Source: Chlorokybus atmophyticus (Eukaryota; Plantae; Mesostigma and Chlorokybus algae). Taken from it: a stretch of 64,000 bases of DNA. The notes below the pieces were generated by a model. The model was not told the origin of the DNA. It was given only the letters and a program-made list of their open reading frames with translations, and did not search any database. Below are positions 52,719 through 64,000 of this stretch, one piece after another (the first letter of the stretch is position 1; each line of letters starts with the position of its first letter). The stretch lies in assembly GCA_009103225.1 (NCBI GenBank), contig RHPI01002262.1, forward strand, positions 847,213 to 911,212, written 5' to 3'. The position numbers and the translations under genes were made by a program.

Positions 52719-55654
52719 CTACATCACGCGCGCGGGCTCGTTGCTATCTATCCTCGATGTCCGTGGCGACAACAAAGGTGTCGGCGTTAGCGAGCACGCC
52801 TCGAGGTAGCACGCCACAAGTGCGAGAGATTCCACCTGACACGCGCACACACACGCACACGCACGCGCACACGCGTTCCCCGCAATCAGTCTTATGGCCA
52901 ACGTATGATCACACAACAACTTCTTGCAAGACACGTATATCACTCACTGTCAAAGTTGGCGTCGTGCTCATTAACACCCTCGCCGTGACCTTGCCGGCGT
53001 TCGGCCACGTCTTGGCTGCCCACAGCTGATATAACACACAACTGCATGTCAGCCTGTTGGTACTGGAACCCTCCACTTGAGTGGCACTCAAGTTGATATT
53101 ACATACCAGGAAGTCGTCTCTCGTGAAGGGTCCCTCCTGCGCGTGCCGCCACTTGAGTATCTTCATCCACTTCTGCTGCCTCAACCTGAAGCAAACATAC
53201 AAATCACCTCACACATATACGAGCACACAACACCCACGCATACGTACTCAAACACACCCACGCACAAGAGCGCGCACACGCACAACAATGACTCAACAGA
53301 GGCGTCAAGTCCGTTATTATGGAGTGGTGGTGGTGTTACTACTACTACTAGTAGTAATAGTAGTAGCAGCAGTAGCAGTAGTGTCACCGTCGTTGTTGTT
53401 GTTGTTACTATTATCAACATACAACTCACTCTGTCCCTTCCAGCAGTTGACTCGTCAGATGTTCCATCTCCCTCCTCCCCCTCCTCCCGCACTCCTTGGC
53501 TATCCCTTCCAGCTCGTGCGGTTTGGCGGACGGGTAGATCGCGCGGAGGGCGCGCAACACGACGCTATCTGTCGATGATGTCGTGTCGTCGCGTGCGAGG
53601 GTGTGGAAGGGAGACAGGACGCGGCGCCAGTGCATCGGGTAACGCCAGGTGGCGTCGTCGCAGTGGCCTGAGGGTAAAAGAGTGGATTACAGGTGAGACT
53701 CTTGCACGCGTGTATGTGTGCATCTGTGCGTGTGCGCGCTCGCGTGAGCGTGTGTATACCTGTGCGTGAGCGTCTGTGTGTGTGCGTGTCACCATGTGCG
53801 TGTGCATGCGTGAGTAGCTGTGCATGTGTGCGCTTGCACACATGCACATATACACATACACACACTTGCACACATACACACTCACACAAGTACATGTTAA
53901 CATGTGAGCCTGCACGCATGTATGACTGCATGTCCATGTGTGCGCTTGTGCGTTTGTGTTTGTGTGTCTCTGTGTGCGCAAATGTGCATGTTTCTGCATA
54001 TGCAGTTGAGATCATGCCTTCAAGTGCAAGGGAAAACAGTCGGACGATCGCGTTGGAAGCACGGTGCGTGTCGATGGCTTGCAACATAGCGCGCGCGATG
54101 ATCACAACCGTCGCTCGCACATTCGCATACCTGTTCAAGAACAACATATTGGGTTCTCGCTCCTCGCCCACTTTGTGCCAACACACTCATCAGAGCTCAC
54201 CTCGACAGCAAGAATGTGTACAGGAAAGCGTGCAGAGGTGACGGCGGGTCCACATGCTTGACGATGAGATCGGGGTCTTGCGGCTGCGGCAACTGCAATT
54301 GTTGGTGTGAGTGAGATGACGCGTCCTCTTTCCTCGCCAACAGCGCCGTCTCCTCCCGCTCTATGCGCCACTTCTCTGCCCACACTTTCTCTATCAGATA
54401 GACCAAATCCTGCAGTCAACAAACACTTACACACATACGTAGGCATGCACGCATGCGCACACATGCACATGCGAGCACGCGCACACATGCACACGTATAG
54501 CTCAATGCTCCTGCAGAAGTTTTACTGATATTTGCACAAATACATTCACACTGTGACATCCACTTACTGCGAGCGACATCTGCAAGTGTTGCCCTTCGCA
54601 GAGTGTTGTGTCGGCGAACTTGTCTTCGGCGAGCTGGGTGGCAAGAAACGACGCATACTGTTTGTGTAGTGGAGATGCTGGTGTGTTTGGGACATCTTCA
54701 TGTGTTGTTGTTGTTGTTGTTGTTGTTGTAGTGGTGGTGGATGGTCGTGTCTCAGCGCTCTCTTTGCTCGGCGTGGTATTCGTATCACTGCGTATATCGC
54801 CCGCACTCTCCACCCGCATGGGTACAGCATACTCCCGCAATCGCCTCTGCAATGGAGATAAGCTTATCGGATCAAACCCTTGCACACACCCCCACCCACC
54901 CCCACACTCTTACCAACTCTTCATGCACGGGTCCCACTTCCTCCCCAAACCTCTTCTTCACCGTTTCCCTCGCGTCTTCGTCTCCTTCCCTCTCATCCAT
55001 CTCCGCCTCGAAGTCACCCACGAGTGCTTCGTGCGCTACCAGCAGTTGTCTTTCCAAGTGTATGGCTTCGCCTAGTAGGGTTGAGTCTTTGGGTGAGAGA
55101 GAGTGGGAGGGTGTGGTGCGGCTGCGGTCGCGCTCGAGTTGGGCGAGCGTGTGGCGGATCTCACGCTGACGAGAGAGGGTGTTGAGGAGGGAGGAGGACG
55201 TGGACTTGGAGGACGTGGACTCGTGCTCGGCACGGCGGACCTCGCCCTGAGAACATGTTGGTGTGCGTGCGGGCACTGTTGCATGATGACACAACTATAT
55301 GGTAGACTGGTATTGGGGTACACATGCGCCGCGACATGCAGCGCATGCGTGCATGTGCATGTACGCCTGCCGCACGCACACGCACATGTGCTACAACAAG
55401 ATATGCAAATTACACCGATACCGCTCAACGTTCTTATTGTTGGGCATACAAGGCATACAATGCTGTTGATACATGTCAGGATGCCACCCGATAGAGTGTG
55501 GGTTTATGTTGTGTTCCAATCTCTACCTGCATGGCGAGTAGCTCTCGTCGGTGTCGCTCGCGTGCCTCCTTAGCCTCCGCCGCAATGAGGTCACGCTCTG
55601 CGATGGCCTGAGCAGCCTGATACTCCGCTCCCAACGCACGCGCCTGCATGGATG

Positions 55655-55701
<47 letters not shown>

Positions 55702-56187
55702 TGCACACCACACAAACACCTCAGCATCCTGAGCTCGAGCGTCCTCTGCGCCACGTCTCCCTGCTCCATCTCGTCCCTCTGCTCGTGCATTTCTCTCAAC
55801 CATTGCCAGGGTGTCCTTGGCGGCGGCCGCTGCGTCGTTGGCATCTGCGGCCTCGTCCCGTGCCCTGGCCAGGAGGGCGAAGTAGGGCAGTCCGCCGATG
55901 GAGTGGGCGTCCGTGGGGTCCGTCGTGAGGTCCTCCCCGGCGCAGTAGAGACCGACCATCACCTCGCTGTACACCTGAGCCATAACACGCTGCGCTGCAC
56001 CCAACACACCCGCAGACAGGACCTCGCGGAAGGCGGCCACGTGGCAGGCGAGCCGGGAGACGCTGGGCTGCCCGGGAAGAAGACTCTTGCCGACGCCGGC
56101 ATTGCCATCCCCGCCACTGCTGCAAGCAGTCAACCGCTCTGCAAGACGCACCTCCACCTCCGTCACCGCTGACCTCGGCGTCCTCAT
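52719..56187 (-). CDS. Multi-exon coiled-coil protein; C-terminal half resembles TSNAXIP1-like ciliary proteins
   Basis: Exons join in frame (QDAE|ARALGAEYQ...LLAMQ|GEVRRAE...). Motifs AAFREVL...GLPYF and FLYTFLLSR|YANVRATVVIIARAML...IVRLFSLALEGMI recall TSNAXIP1-type proteins from memory only. The gene itself is well supported, the annotation weakly. Confidence 0.6.
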
Positions 56188-56196
56188 CCCTGATGC

Positions 56197-56229
<33 letters not shown>

Positions 56230-56243
56230 TGCCGCTGCCGCTA

Positions 56244-56257
56244 AGGTCACGTGACCT
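56244..56257. promoter_or_regulatory. 14-bp perfect palindrome containing GTCACGTGAC (E-box/G-box core)
   Basis: AGGTCACGTGACCT, ~57 bp upstream of the minus-strand ATG at 56187, next to a (GCC)n leader, in a divergent intergenic region. Confidence 0.4.
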
Positions 56258-56909
56258 GTGTCGATTACGCTATATACGGATTACGTGAAGGGGTTCCAGG
56301 CACACCTGACACTAACCTGACATCGTGTTTCAGGTAGGATACGCCGCAGGTGTAACAGTAGAGCTTCCAGATACGTATCTTGCAGGCCTTGCGTGTCTTG
56401 CGTATCTTCCCGCCAAAAAGGCCGATGTTGTACGTGCAGCTATAGGTCTCTTTCAATGCTATGCAGTGTGGATAGGCAGGTAGGTACAACCGACAGGCGG
56501 GAAATCTCATGTTTTCGCGCGAATTCTACTGACCGCATTTCTGACCGATCGGTTGCTTTGCCGCCGGTTAAAGCCCGTGCCTTCTGCCACGGTAGCGATT
56601 CGTTTTGAGCCTGCAACAAACTGCACAAACAGCCCCGATATCGCTCGCACATGACCAATATCCACCCTCTCAGCGCCAAATGGGCGCCGAATCGGTTACC
56701 TAAGTCAACGAGTCAGAGTGACCTAAGCCTGACAGCGTTCAAGTTTGGTACGGTTTGATTGTGCGGCTAATTTGGTGCCTAACAGTAAAGGCGCCAGATT
56801 GAGCTAAAGCAAAAGGCATAGGCGTAAAGGCACTATCAGCGGCGGTGGCGGTGTTGTTCTCCTCCTCCGCGTCGTCATCCGTCAGCATTGCCAAGGATAG
56901 TCTACCGTC

Positions 56910-58483
56910 ATGGAGGCAGCGACGGCGTCGTCTGCGATGTCCTCGTTGGTGCGCGGGAGGGGCTTAACTTCTGTCCCCTCCCGCCGCCCGCAACAATCCT
57001 CTACACATGCTCGTCCTCGCCCTCATCAGCATCACCAGGCCACCCGCATGAAGGCGAACTGGAGCTTCCTGCCTGACGAGACCAACAAGAACAACAAGGC
57101 GCCGGTGGCCACGACAACGGAGAAGGCCACGAGCCATGACGCCAAGGCCACCACCCTCGTTGCATCCAGGGAAGAGGTGAGGGTGATGACTGTGTCAACC
57201 GTTGCTATTGTAAGAGAGATTGATTGTCAGTTTCATCCACTGATGTGGGTATGTGTGCAGAACAACAGCAATGACAACAGCAATGGCGTCCATCAGGAGA
57301 CCAACGGCGTGCATCTCAACGGCCACGCCAACGGCCATGTCAATGGCTACGCCAACGGCCACGTCAACAGTCATGCCAATGGTCATGTCAACGGCCACGT
57401 CAATGGCTATTCCAACGGCTATGCCAATGGCCATGCCAACGGCCATGCCAACGGCCACGTCAACGGCCACGCCATCAACATCATCAGCAATATTGAGGAC
57501 AACACCCACGCCAACAACAGCAACAACTCTTCTGGTGCCAACGACTGGCCGATGCTGCGTCCAGCCACACCTCAAGCCTCAACTACACGCAAGCCGACAA
57601 CCACAGCAACAACAAACACAACAGCATCACCAAGCACAACCAGAGCCACATCCACAACGTCTTCCTCTCAAAGTCAGTCTCTGCCACCACAAGCGGATCT
57701 GTCGCAGAGTTATGGGTGGAGTGTCCTGCCTGATGCCTGCCTTGACCCGCACGACATCGCCAACAGCATCGCCCTCGCCGACAACAACAACAACAACAAC
57801 CACAACAGCAGCAACAATAATGGCACGGCTGTCGTTGATGACGACGCATTCTGGCAAGAACAAGTAAGCGAGCACTGAGACTGTTGGCGTGCTGTTACAC
57901 CAACGGATGCTGTTTGATGTTGATGCACGGCAGTTGCTTGTTGGCTTGCAAGAATGGTTGTGCGCGGAGTGTGCATGTGCGTGTGTGATAGTGTATGCGT
58001 GTGTGTGCATGCGTACATGTATATGTGCGCGTGTGCGGGATGCTCCAATAACTACTGTGCATGCTATGTCAAAGCACTCTACCATTCACACTGTGCCTTA
58101 AAACCAACCACACAGCCACCCACTCTAACACGTGCACGTATCTCTCCCAGCAAGCGCGGCGTCAGCGTGAGCGTCAAGACTGGGAGTCTCAGAAGTCCCA
58201 ATTGGAGGACGAGGCCGCATCTTTGCGCGCCCGCATCGCCTCTCTCCACGCTCTCGTCCCCGCCCCCTCCGCCGACCGCGCAAAACAACTCGCCGAAGCC
58301 GCCGTCGCGCCACTCACACGCGCGGCATCCACACTCACAACAAAAACAACCACAAAGAAGACGACCACGAAGAAGGGTGCGGCCACGTCGGCGTACACGT
58401 CGCATGAGCTCAGAATGGAACGTGTGACAGCGCGTGCGGATAGCTTCTTTGCGGCTCTCTCCAACCAGTTGCATCATGACTGA
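56910..58483 (+). CDS. Unknown low-complexity protein with a transit-peptide-like N-terminus, NGH tetrapeptide repeats and a C-terminal coiled coil; three exons
   Basis: Exons 56910-57176, ~57261-57863 and ~58151-58483 with GT-AG borders, in frame. Ser/Ala/Arg-rich N-terminus. About 15 NG(H/Y)(A/V)-type units. RQDWESQKSQLEDEAASLRARI coiled coil. Confidence 0.75.
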
Positions 58484-59521
58484 GAGGTGCTCTCGTGTGT
58501 CGGTGTGGAAGGCGTGTCCACGTGTTGGTGGTATGTGCTCCACACAGAGGGCTAATGCGCTCTGTGTGAAGAAGAGAGAGAAAAGACGAGAGATACATAT
58601 GCTGAGGTGTGGGGTTGGGTGGGTGTGTGGCAGTGAGGGGAGGCAAAAGGATGATGTTGTACTTTCTACATCGGAGGTCATGTCTCCTCGCCTCACTGCA
58701 CTTGTAAAGTTGATGTTGTTGGGGATTTTTTACCTGTACCTCTAAGGACCAGTTTGTGTGGGTTTTCTTCTTTACTAGGAGGGCGGTGTACTAGTAGGGA
58801 AGCCCCACCCCTGTAAACAGGAGTTGGGTTGTAGTAGTATGAACTCATTATTGAACCTTGAATTACATTTCTTGGTTTAGAGTTCCCAAATGCAAGGTCC
58901 TCGTGGTTGCCTGCAGCCTGTGCGAATGAAGTGGGTCGATGTGTTACCGTTGAATGAGTACGCGCGTGAAGTTATTGTGCGTGACAAATGAGACACAACG
59001 TACAACTGCGCAAGTAGATGTGCGCGATCCATGTTTCGCATGCATCAGTGCACTGAACAGTGATGAAGTTTTCATCACTGGTCAACGCACAACGTGTGTT
59101 GGCGTAACATGTCATTGATTGACCCCACGCACACACACGCAAGCCATACGTGAACAACCTGTTGGAATTGCATGCGTGTGTTTGCTGCTTGGTTGTATTC
59201 AGAAACACAAGTGATGAGATCGTGTATGCATCGCATAAGAGCACTTGGCTACCATAATTTGACCGTGCATGCATTCAACAACTTAACACCACTAACAATA
59301 CTGCTACACAGTGAGCACTCGGCAAAGTTTTCTCAACAGCAGCATGACGCACGTAACGACAACATGGTTCTCCTGCAAAGTACAATGCTCTTGTGTGCAT
59401 GCACCAATGAACCAAACGGGTGATTGACGACGCACATGTGTGTGCGCATGTGTACGTTCGTGTGTCACACGGTTCAACTCTTCACCAGCAACCAAATCCC
59501 ATCACTTCACATCACATCCAT

Positions 59522-60160
59522 TCACTGGTCTTCTAATCTGACTTGGAACCACTGTATGGACCCCTTCCCCGGCCCTAGTACCAACTCACACGCCGAGTCA
59601 ATCAGCTCCTCTGCCGCAGCTTCCCTATCCTCATGCCTCACTATAGCCGGAGGGAGAAGCTCCTCCTCCTCCTCATCAACCTGCATGTCGCCCAGGACCT
59701 CAGCCAGCATCGCCGCCAGCTCGGAACGATCGAGGAACTCCTCGTCGGACCCGTGGCGGACGACGACGTAGGTGCCGCCGCCGTCGCCGTAGTTGAGAGC
59801 ACGACGCTGGCCTCTCTGAGGAGGACAAGGACAATGACGACAAGGACAAGAGCAAGGACAACGAGCATGAGAACAGGGTCACCCATGCGTAAGTAATGTC
59901 GCTAATGGCGCCAACCACACCCCTACCAGCGTGTGCGTCGACCAGCGTTGCCTCCACGACGACGACGATGACGTGGAGGAGGACGGCAAGGAGGAGGAGG
60001 AGGAGGAGGAGGAGGAGGGTAGCCTAGAGACCAAGGCGGGTCTGAGGGTGTGAGGCGGCGGCGGCGGCGGCATTTGTGGAGACCTTGTGGAGGCGACGGC
60101 GTTGACAGCGACCAACCTCGCCGCTGCCGCCGCCAACCGTGACGTCATGGCCACCGACAT
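59522..60160 (-). CDS. CRR7: Chlororespiratory reduction 7, plastid NDH complex assembly factor; two exons (60160-59927, 59815-59522)
   Basis: Ser-rich transit peptide, then TYVVVRHGSDEEFLDRSELAAML...LPPAI...AAEELIDSACELVLGPGKGSIQWFQVRLE, matching the recalled CRR7 consensus (YVV..EEF...EL...L.D..CEL....G.IQW..VRLE). Confidence 0.88.
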
Positions 60161-60218
60161 CGCCGCCGATGCACTGCAGGATTGAGACTGCGTCCCTCAG
60201 CCTGTCTGCGAGGTTGTG

Positions 60219-60470
60219 ATGGGGGCGGCGCCGTGGGTGCGTTACGGTGCGCCGATGGTCGGTGCTGTGGTGGCTGGTTGGCTTGGACTTGCGCACTTCC
60301 TGCAGGGGAGGATAGACGTCCACGACGCGCAGGACGCAGCACGACGCACCCACATCAACAGCGATCACAACAGCAACAACAAGACGGACCTGGCGCAGGA
60401 GCTGGAGAGAACAAGGGCGCAGGTAGATATTGATCGGTACGAGAACAAACCAGTGCCGAAGCAGTACTGA
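60219..60470 (+). CDS. COX16: Cytochrome c oxidase assembly protein COX16, single exon, 83 aa
   Basis: WVRYGAPMVGAVVAGWLGLAHFLQG...DLAQELERTRAQVDIDRYENKPVPK matches the plant COX16 pattern (RYG.PM....G..GL..LLQG...L.EEL...Q.KVDI..YE.K.IPK). Confidence 0.85.
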   Translation: MGAAPWVRYGAPMVGAVVAGWLGLAHFLQGRIDVHDAQDAARRTHINSDHNSNNKTDLAQELERTRAQVDIDRYENKPVPKQY

Positions 60471-61292
60471 TGACAAGGAGGACAAGGACAGGGACAAGGA
60501 CGACAGCAGCAATGCTTGCGGCAGTGAGAGATTGTGGCAGTGAGAAATTGAAAGGAAAGGATCGATGAGACAATGCAGGTGAGGTTCTTGTTGATAAACT
60601 TGTGCTGTGTGCAGGGTGGGTGAGCGTGTGCTGTGCGTGGTCTTGGGTGTGATGGGGAAAACGCCACAGTTAATGGCTGAGTAGTTATCATCATATGCAT
60701 AACGTTCTTGTTTGCTATTCAGGTGATTTGCAACAGATGGATGTGTAGAACCCAAGGCTAAGAAAAGGCGACCATGCATGTGCTAGCTGGAGCGGCAGCA
60801 TACACTTGTATATACCCACATGCGGATGAGCAGTAGTAGTGTGACGAACCTGACTACTTGTTGTTGAACATGTGTGTGCTTGTGCACAACATTGTATACA
60901 TGAAGATGTGCACGCGCACACACACACACACACACACACATACATGCGTGCTCGCATGCGCGCACCTGTACATAGCTACAGATGCTGCGAGTAGTGGTGA
61001 AGTTGGTAACCATGCGTGTACACGTTTGACACTGTATGTTTCAACACACCCATGCACATGCACATGCACCAGCATGCGCGCAAAGCGTGCGCGAGAACAC
61101 GCACACATTGCGTCCCGCTGCATTTCCAAAACTGCATGGCTGCATGTATGCCCTTCACACCACACTATTCTCAACAACATCCAGAGCGCAATCTTGAGAA
61201 CACAACACGCACCATGTCACGCATCTATGTGACACACGAGCGCCCAGCCGCACAAAAAAAAGAACCTCTTGCAACCTACTACACTGCATCAA

Positions 61293-63700
61293 TCACATGT
61301 CCCTCCAGTCAAACTCCTTTGCATAATACGCGTTCGGCAGCCCGAGCCAGAACTTGAACCTCTGCAACGCCACCACTCCCGCACTATCATGTTGCTGCTG
61401 CTGATGCTTATACCCATGCCCCTTCTTATGCCCCAAACCGGACCCCGAGCTGTTGTTGTTGTTGTTGGGTGTATTGTTGGCGTACATGGCAGTACTCAAC
61501 TTGTTGCTATGTGTTGTGTTTCCGGGAAACAGCTCGATGAACAGCCTCTTGAACTTGAGTCTATCGGGCGCTATCCCGCTCGCTTCCATCTGATCGACGA
61601 GGTGTAGCGCGGCGTTGAACCTGCGCGCGCGCAAGCACACGTCCACGAGGGCGTCGTACGCCTTCTCGTCCACGCCCTCCGCGCCCAACTCGGCACGCAT
61701 CGCGTCGTACACGCGCATCGCGCCGTCCGCGTCACCCGCCTTGCCGTAACACTTGATGAGAGCGCCGAAAGTGGCGACGGTGGGACGGACACCAGAAGAC
61801 CTCATGCGCTGCACACGCACACGTACATGTTGTGAGTAGCTGCGTGTGACAAGTACAGTTGCTGTAGTGGGTGTGTGCGCACTAGATACATGCATGGAGG
61901 TGTGTATGTGGGTAAGGCAGGCTACAAGACAGTGTGATGAGAACACACACGCATGTACATCAGCCATACTCAGTCATGCTGTTGGGTTTGTTGACTGCAT
62001 ACCACTACAAGCACACACAACTACACACCTGCGCGCACATGCACACACAAAAACACGCATGCACGCACACGCACTGTACACATGCATGCCAACACAAGAC
62101 TACTCACCTGGTAGATTGCATTCGCATCGACAGCCCGTCCCACCCGCGCGAATGCATCAATGACCGTGTTGAATGCAACCACATCCGGCCTGATGTTGTT
62201 GCTGTTACTATTGTTGTCATCGCTTTGCATCTCCTCGAACAGTCTCAACGCGTCGTCCGGCTGTCTTACACACGCGTACCCGCGCATGAGCGTGGTGTAG
62301 CTCGTTACGTTGGGCCGCACGCCACCACCCGCACGCATCTCGTCGAAGAAACGTTGGGCGGCGGGAAGGTCCTCGTGGAGCACGCACGCCATAAGGAGAG
62401 TGTTGTAGGTCACGACGTTGGGAAAGGTGTCAACCTCCTTGTTGTTGTTGTTGTTGTTGTTGTTGTTGATGGTGTTGGTGATGATGATGTTGTTCACCTT
62501 GTTGGTGTTGTTGTTGTTTCTCGCCTCCTCCTCCTTGTTGTTGTTGACCTTCTGCTTGATGTTGTTGGTGACCTTCTTCTTCATGTCATTGAAGAGTGCT
62601 ATTGTCTCATCCAGTCTTCTTCTTTTGGCAAAGCCTGCCAGTAGCGCGTTGTGAACGGCTGGCGTGATGTCGATGTTGGCGATGTTGGCCTCGTCGTACA
62701 CGCCGAGGGCGAGCTCGAGGTTGTGCGCGCGCACGCACCCGCTGATAAGGTTGGTGTACGTCACCGCGTTGGGTTTATGCGTTGTGTTTGTACGCATCTT
62801 GCGCAGGAGGCTGAACGCGCTCTGCATGTCCGCTGCATCAGTGTAACCCTTCAATAGTTGGGTATATGTCTGAGCTGTTGGTTGTAAGCCCGCTTCGACC
62901 ATGTTGTCGCACGTCGTCACGGCGTGTGCGACATCTTTAAGAGCCACAAACGCGCCGATGAGGGCGTTGTATGTCACCTCCGTGGGGGCTATGTTGGCTT
63001 CGCGCATGCTTTCAAGCACACGAGAGGCCTCTTTTCTCCTCTTGTGCTTGCCATAAGCGTATATGAGCGTGTTGAAAGTGCGCTCGTTGGGTTTGAGACC
63101 CCTCTTTTTCATATCTTCAAGGATGCCTTCGATATCGCGCCAACTGCCTGCACGCGCGAACGCGTATATCGCCGCATTGAAGGCCTGGATGTCAATATCG
63201 ACCGGCCCTGAGGTGGATTTCAGCTCCTCCCACAGCAATATCGCCACGTGCTTGCGGGCCGCATCGCGCGCGAAACAACTCATTAGAGAGGTGTAAAGAG
63301 GGGGAGTGAGCTTCACGCCTTTCGCGCGTGCACGTAATAACAACTCCTCCGCGGTGTCGATGTCGCCAGCAGCCGCCGACGCAGTCACCAACGCCCTGAA
63401 CGCCGCATCTGATATCGGCGCATCGCCCATATCAACCAACCTCCTCGCATCACGCAGCCTCCTCTTGCGACAACACAACATGACCAACTTGTTGTACAAC
63501 TTCGCCTCGGGCGGGACGCTCATCGCTTGCAGCTCCGATATCACCCCCAGCGCGTGAGACATCCGCCCCTTCTCGATGCAGAAAGCCAGCTTCTTGTTCA
63601 GTGTCAAGGATGTCTTCTCGGGGCCGATATCACCCTCTCCCGCTGATGTTGACGCATGTGTGGCTGTCGCATCCTCACTCTCAGTTGATCCTTTCTCCAA
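61293..63700 (-). CDS. HCF152: P-class PPR protein, HCF152-like; two large exons; first exon uncertain
   Basis: About a dozen 35-aa PPR motifs (e.g. PNERTFNTLIYAYGK, PNVVTYNTLLMAC, PDVVAFNTVIDAFAR). C-terminus MEASGIAPDRLKFKRLFIE...RFKFWLGLPNAYY matches the recalled HCF152 C-terminal signature. Intron IYQ|GTGAGT...CAG|RMRSSG. Confidence 0.7.
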
Positions 63701-63919
63701 CTGCAAAACAACAATACCAATATGCCCACATACTCAGCAACATACACACACTTGGAAGCACGTGGTAATGTTGTCCAAACCGGTCACGAACATGACCCCG
63801 ACATACTTGTTATGTGTACGTGTGTACATGAGTGTATCTCTGTCGAACCTCTATCTCTGACTGTGCTACGTGTGTCTACTACTCAGGCAACCAAAACTGT
63901 GTCACAATACTGTGTTGTC

Positions 63920-64000
63920 TCATCTGCCGACGATGGCGTCTAGAGCATGGCGCACGGTGCTGTACTTGAACCTAAACCCGAGCTCCTGAGCCCGCCTCGG
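63920..64000 (-). CDS. 3' end of a TIGR01777/SDR39U1 epimerase-family gene (GC1/SulA-like), runs off the window
   Basis: PRRAQELGFRFKYSTVRHALDAIVGR* matches the DUF1731 C-terminal pattern P.RA.ELGF.FKY..V..AL.AI. Only 26 aa are visible. Confidence 0.7.
   Translation of the reverse strand, partial: PRRAQELGFRFKYSTVRHALDAIVGR

Overview
Intron-rich eukaryotic nuclear DNA from a green alga or plant-lineage organism. A plant-type OGDH, CRR7 (needs a plastid NDH complex), an HCF152-like PPR gene and a flagellate-type PKD2 suggest an early-diverging streptophyte or an NDH-retaining prasinophyte; this is inference. The left half (1-31 kb) is accessory. It holds six decayed copies of an unrecognised multi-exon gene with a C-terminal membrane region, arranged as three plus then three minus copies around an old inverted duplication. 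It also holds a complete TRIM mini-retrotransposon, a CACTA-like element (CACCG termini, CAG target duplication) carrying a spliced Ulp1/SENP protease gene but no transposase, a nested antisense membrane-protein remnant and a hairpin-rich repeat. The right half (31-64 kb) has apparently intact genes: a PKD2/TRPP channel with an LNR-like ectodomain repeat, mitochondrial 2-oxoglutarate dehydrogenase E1, a kinase-less receptor-like protein with three ALE2-like ectodomain units, a coiled-coil TSNAXIP1-like gene, an NGH-repeat protein, CRR7 and COX16 head-to-head with 58 bp between start codons, an HCF152-like PPR gene and the 3' end of a TIGR01777/GC1-like epimerase gene. Two N gaps and a poly-C/G run are assembly artefacts. 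All family assignments come from motif recall, not database searches, and exon joins were read by eye.
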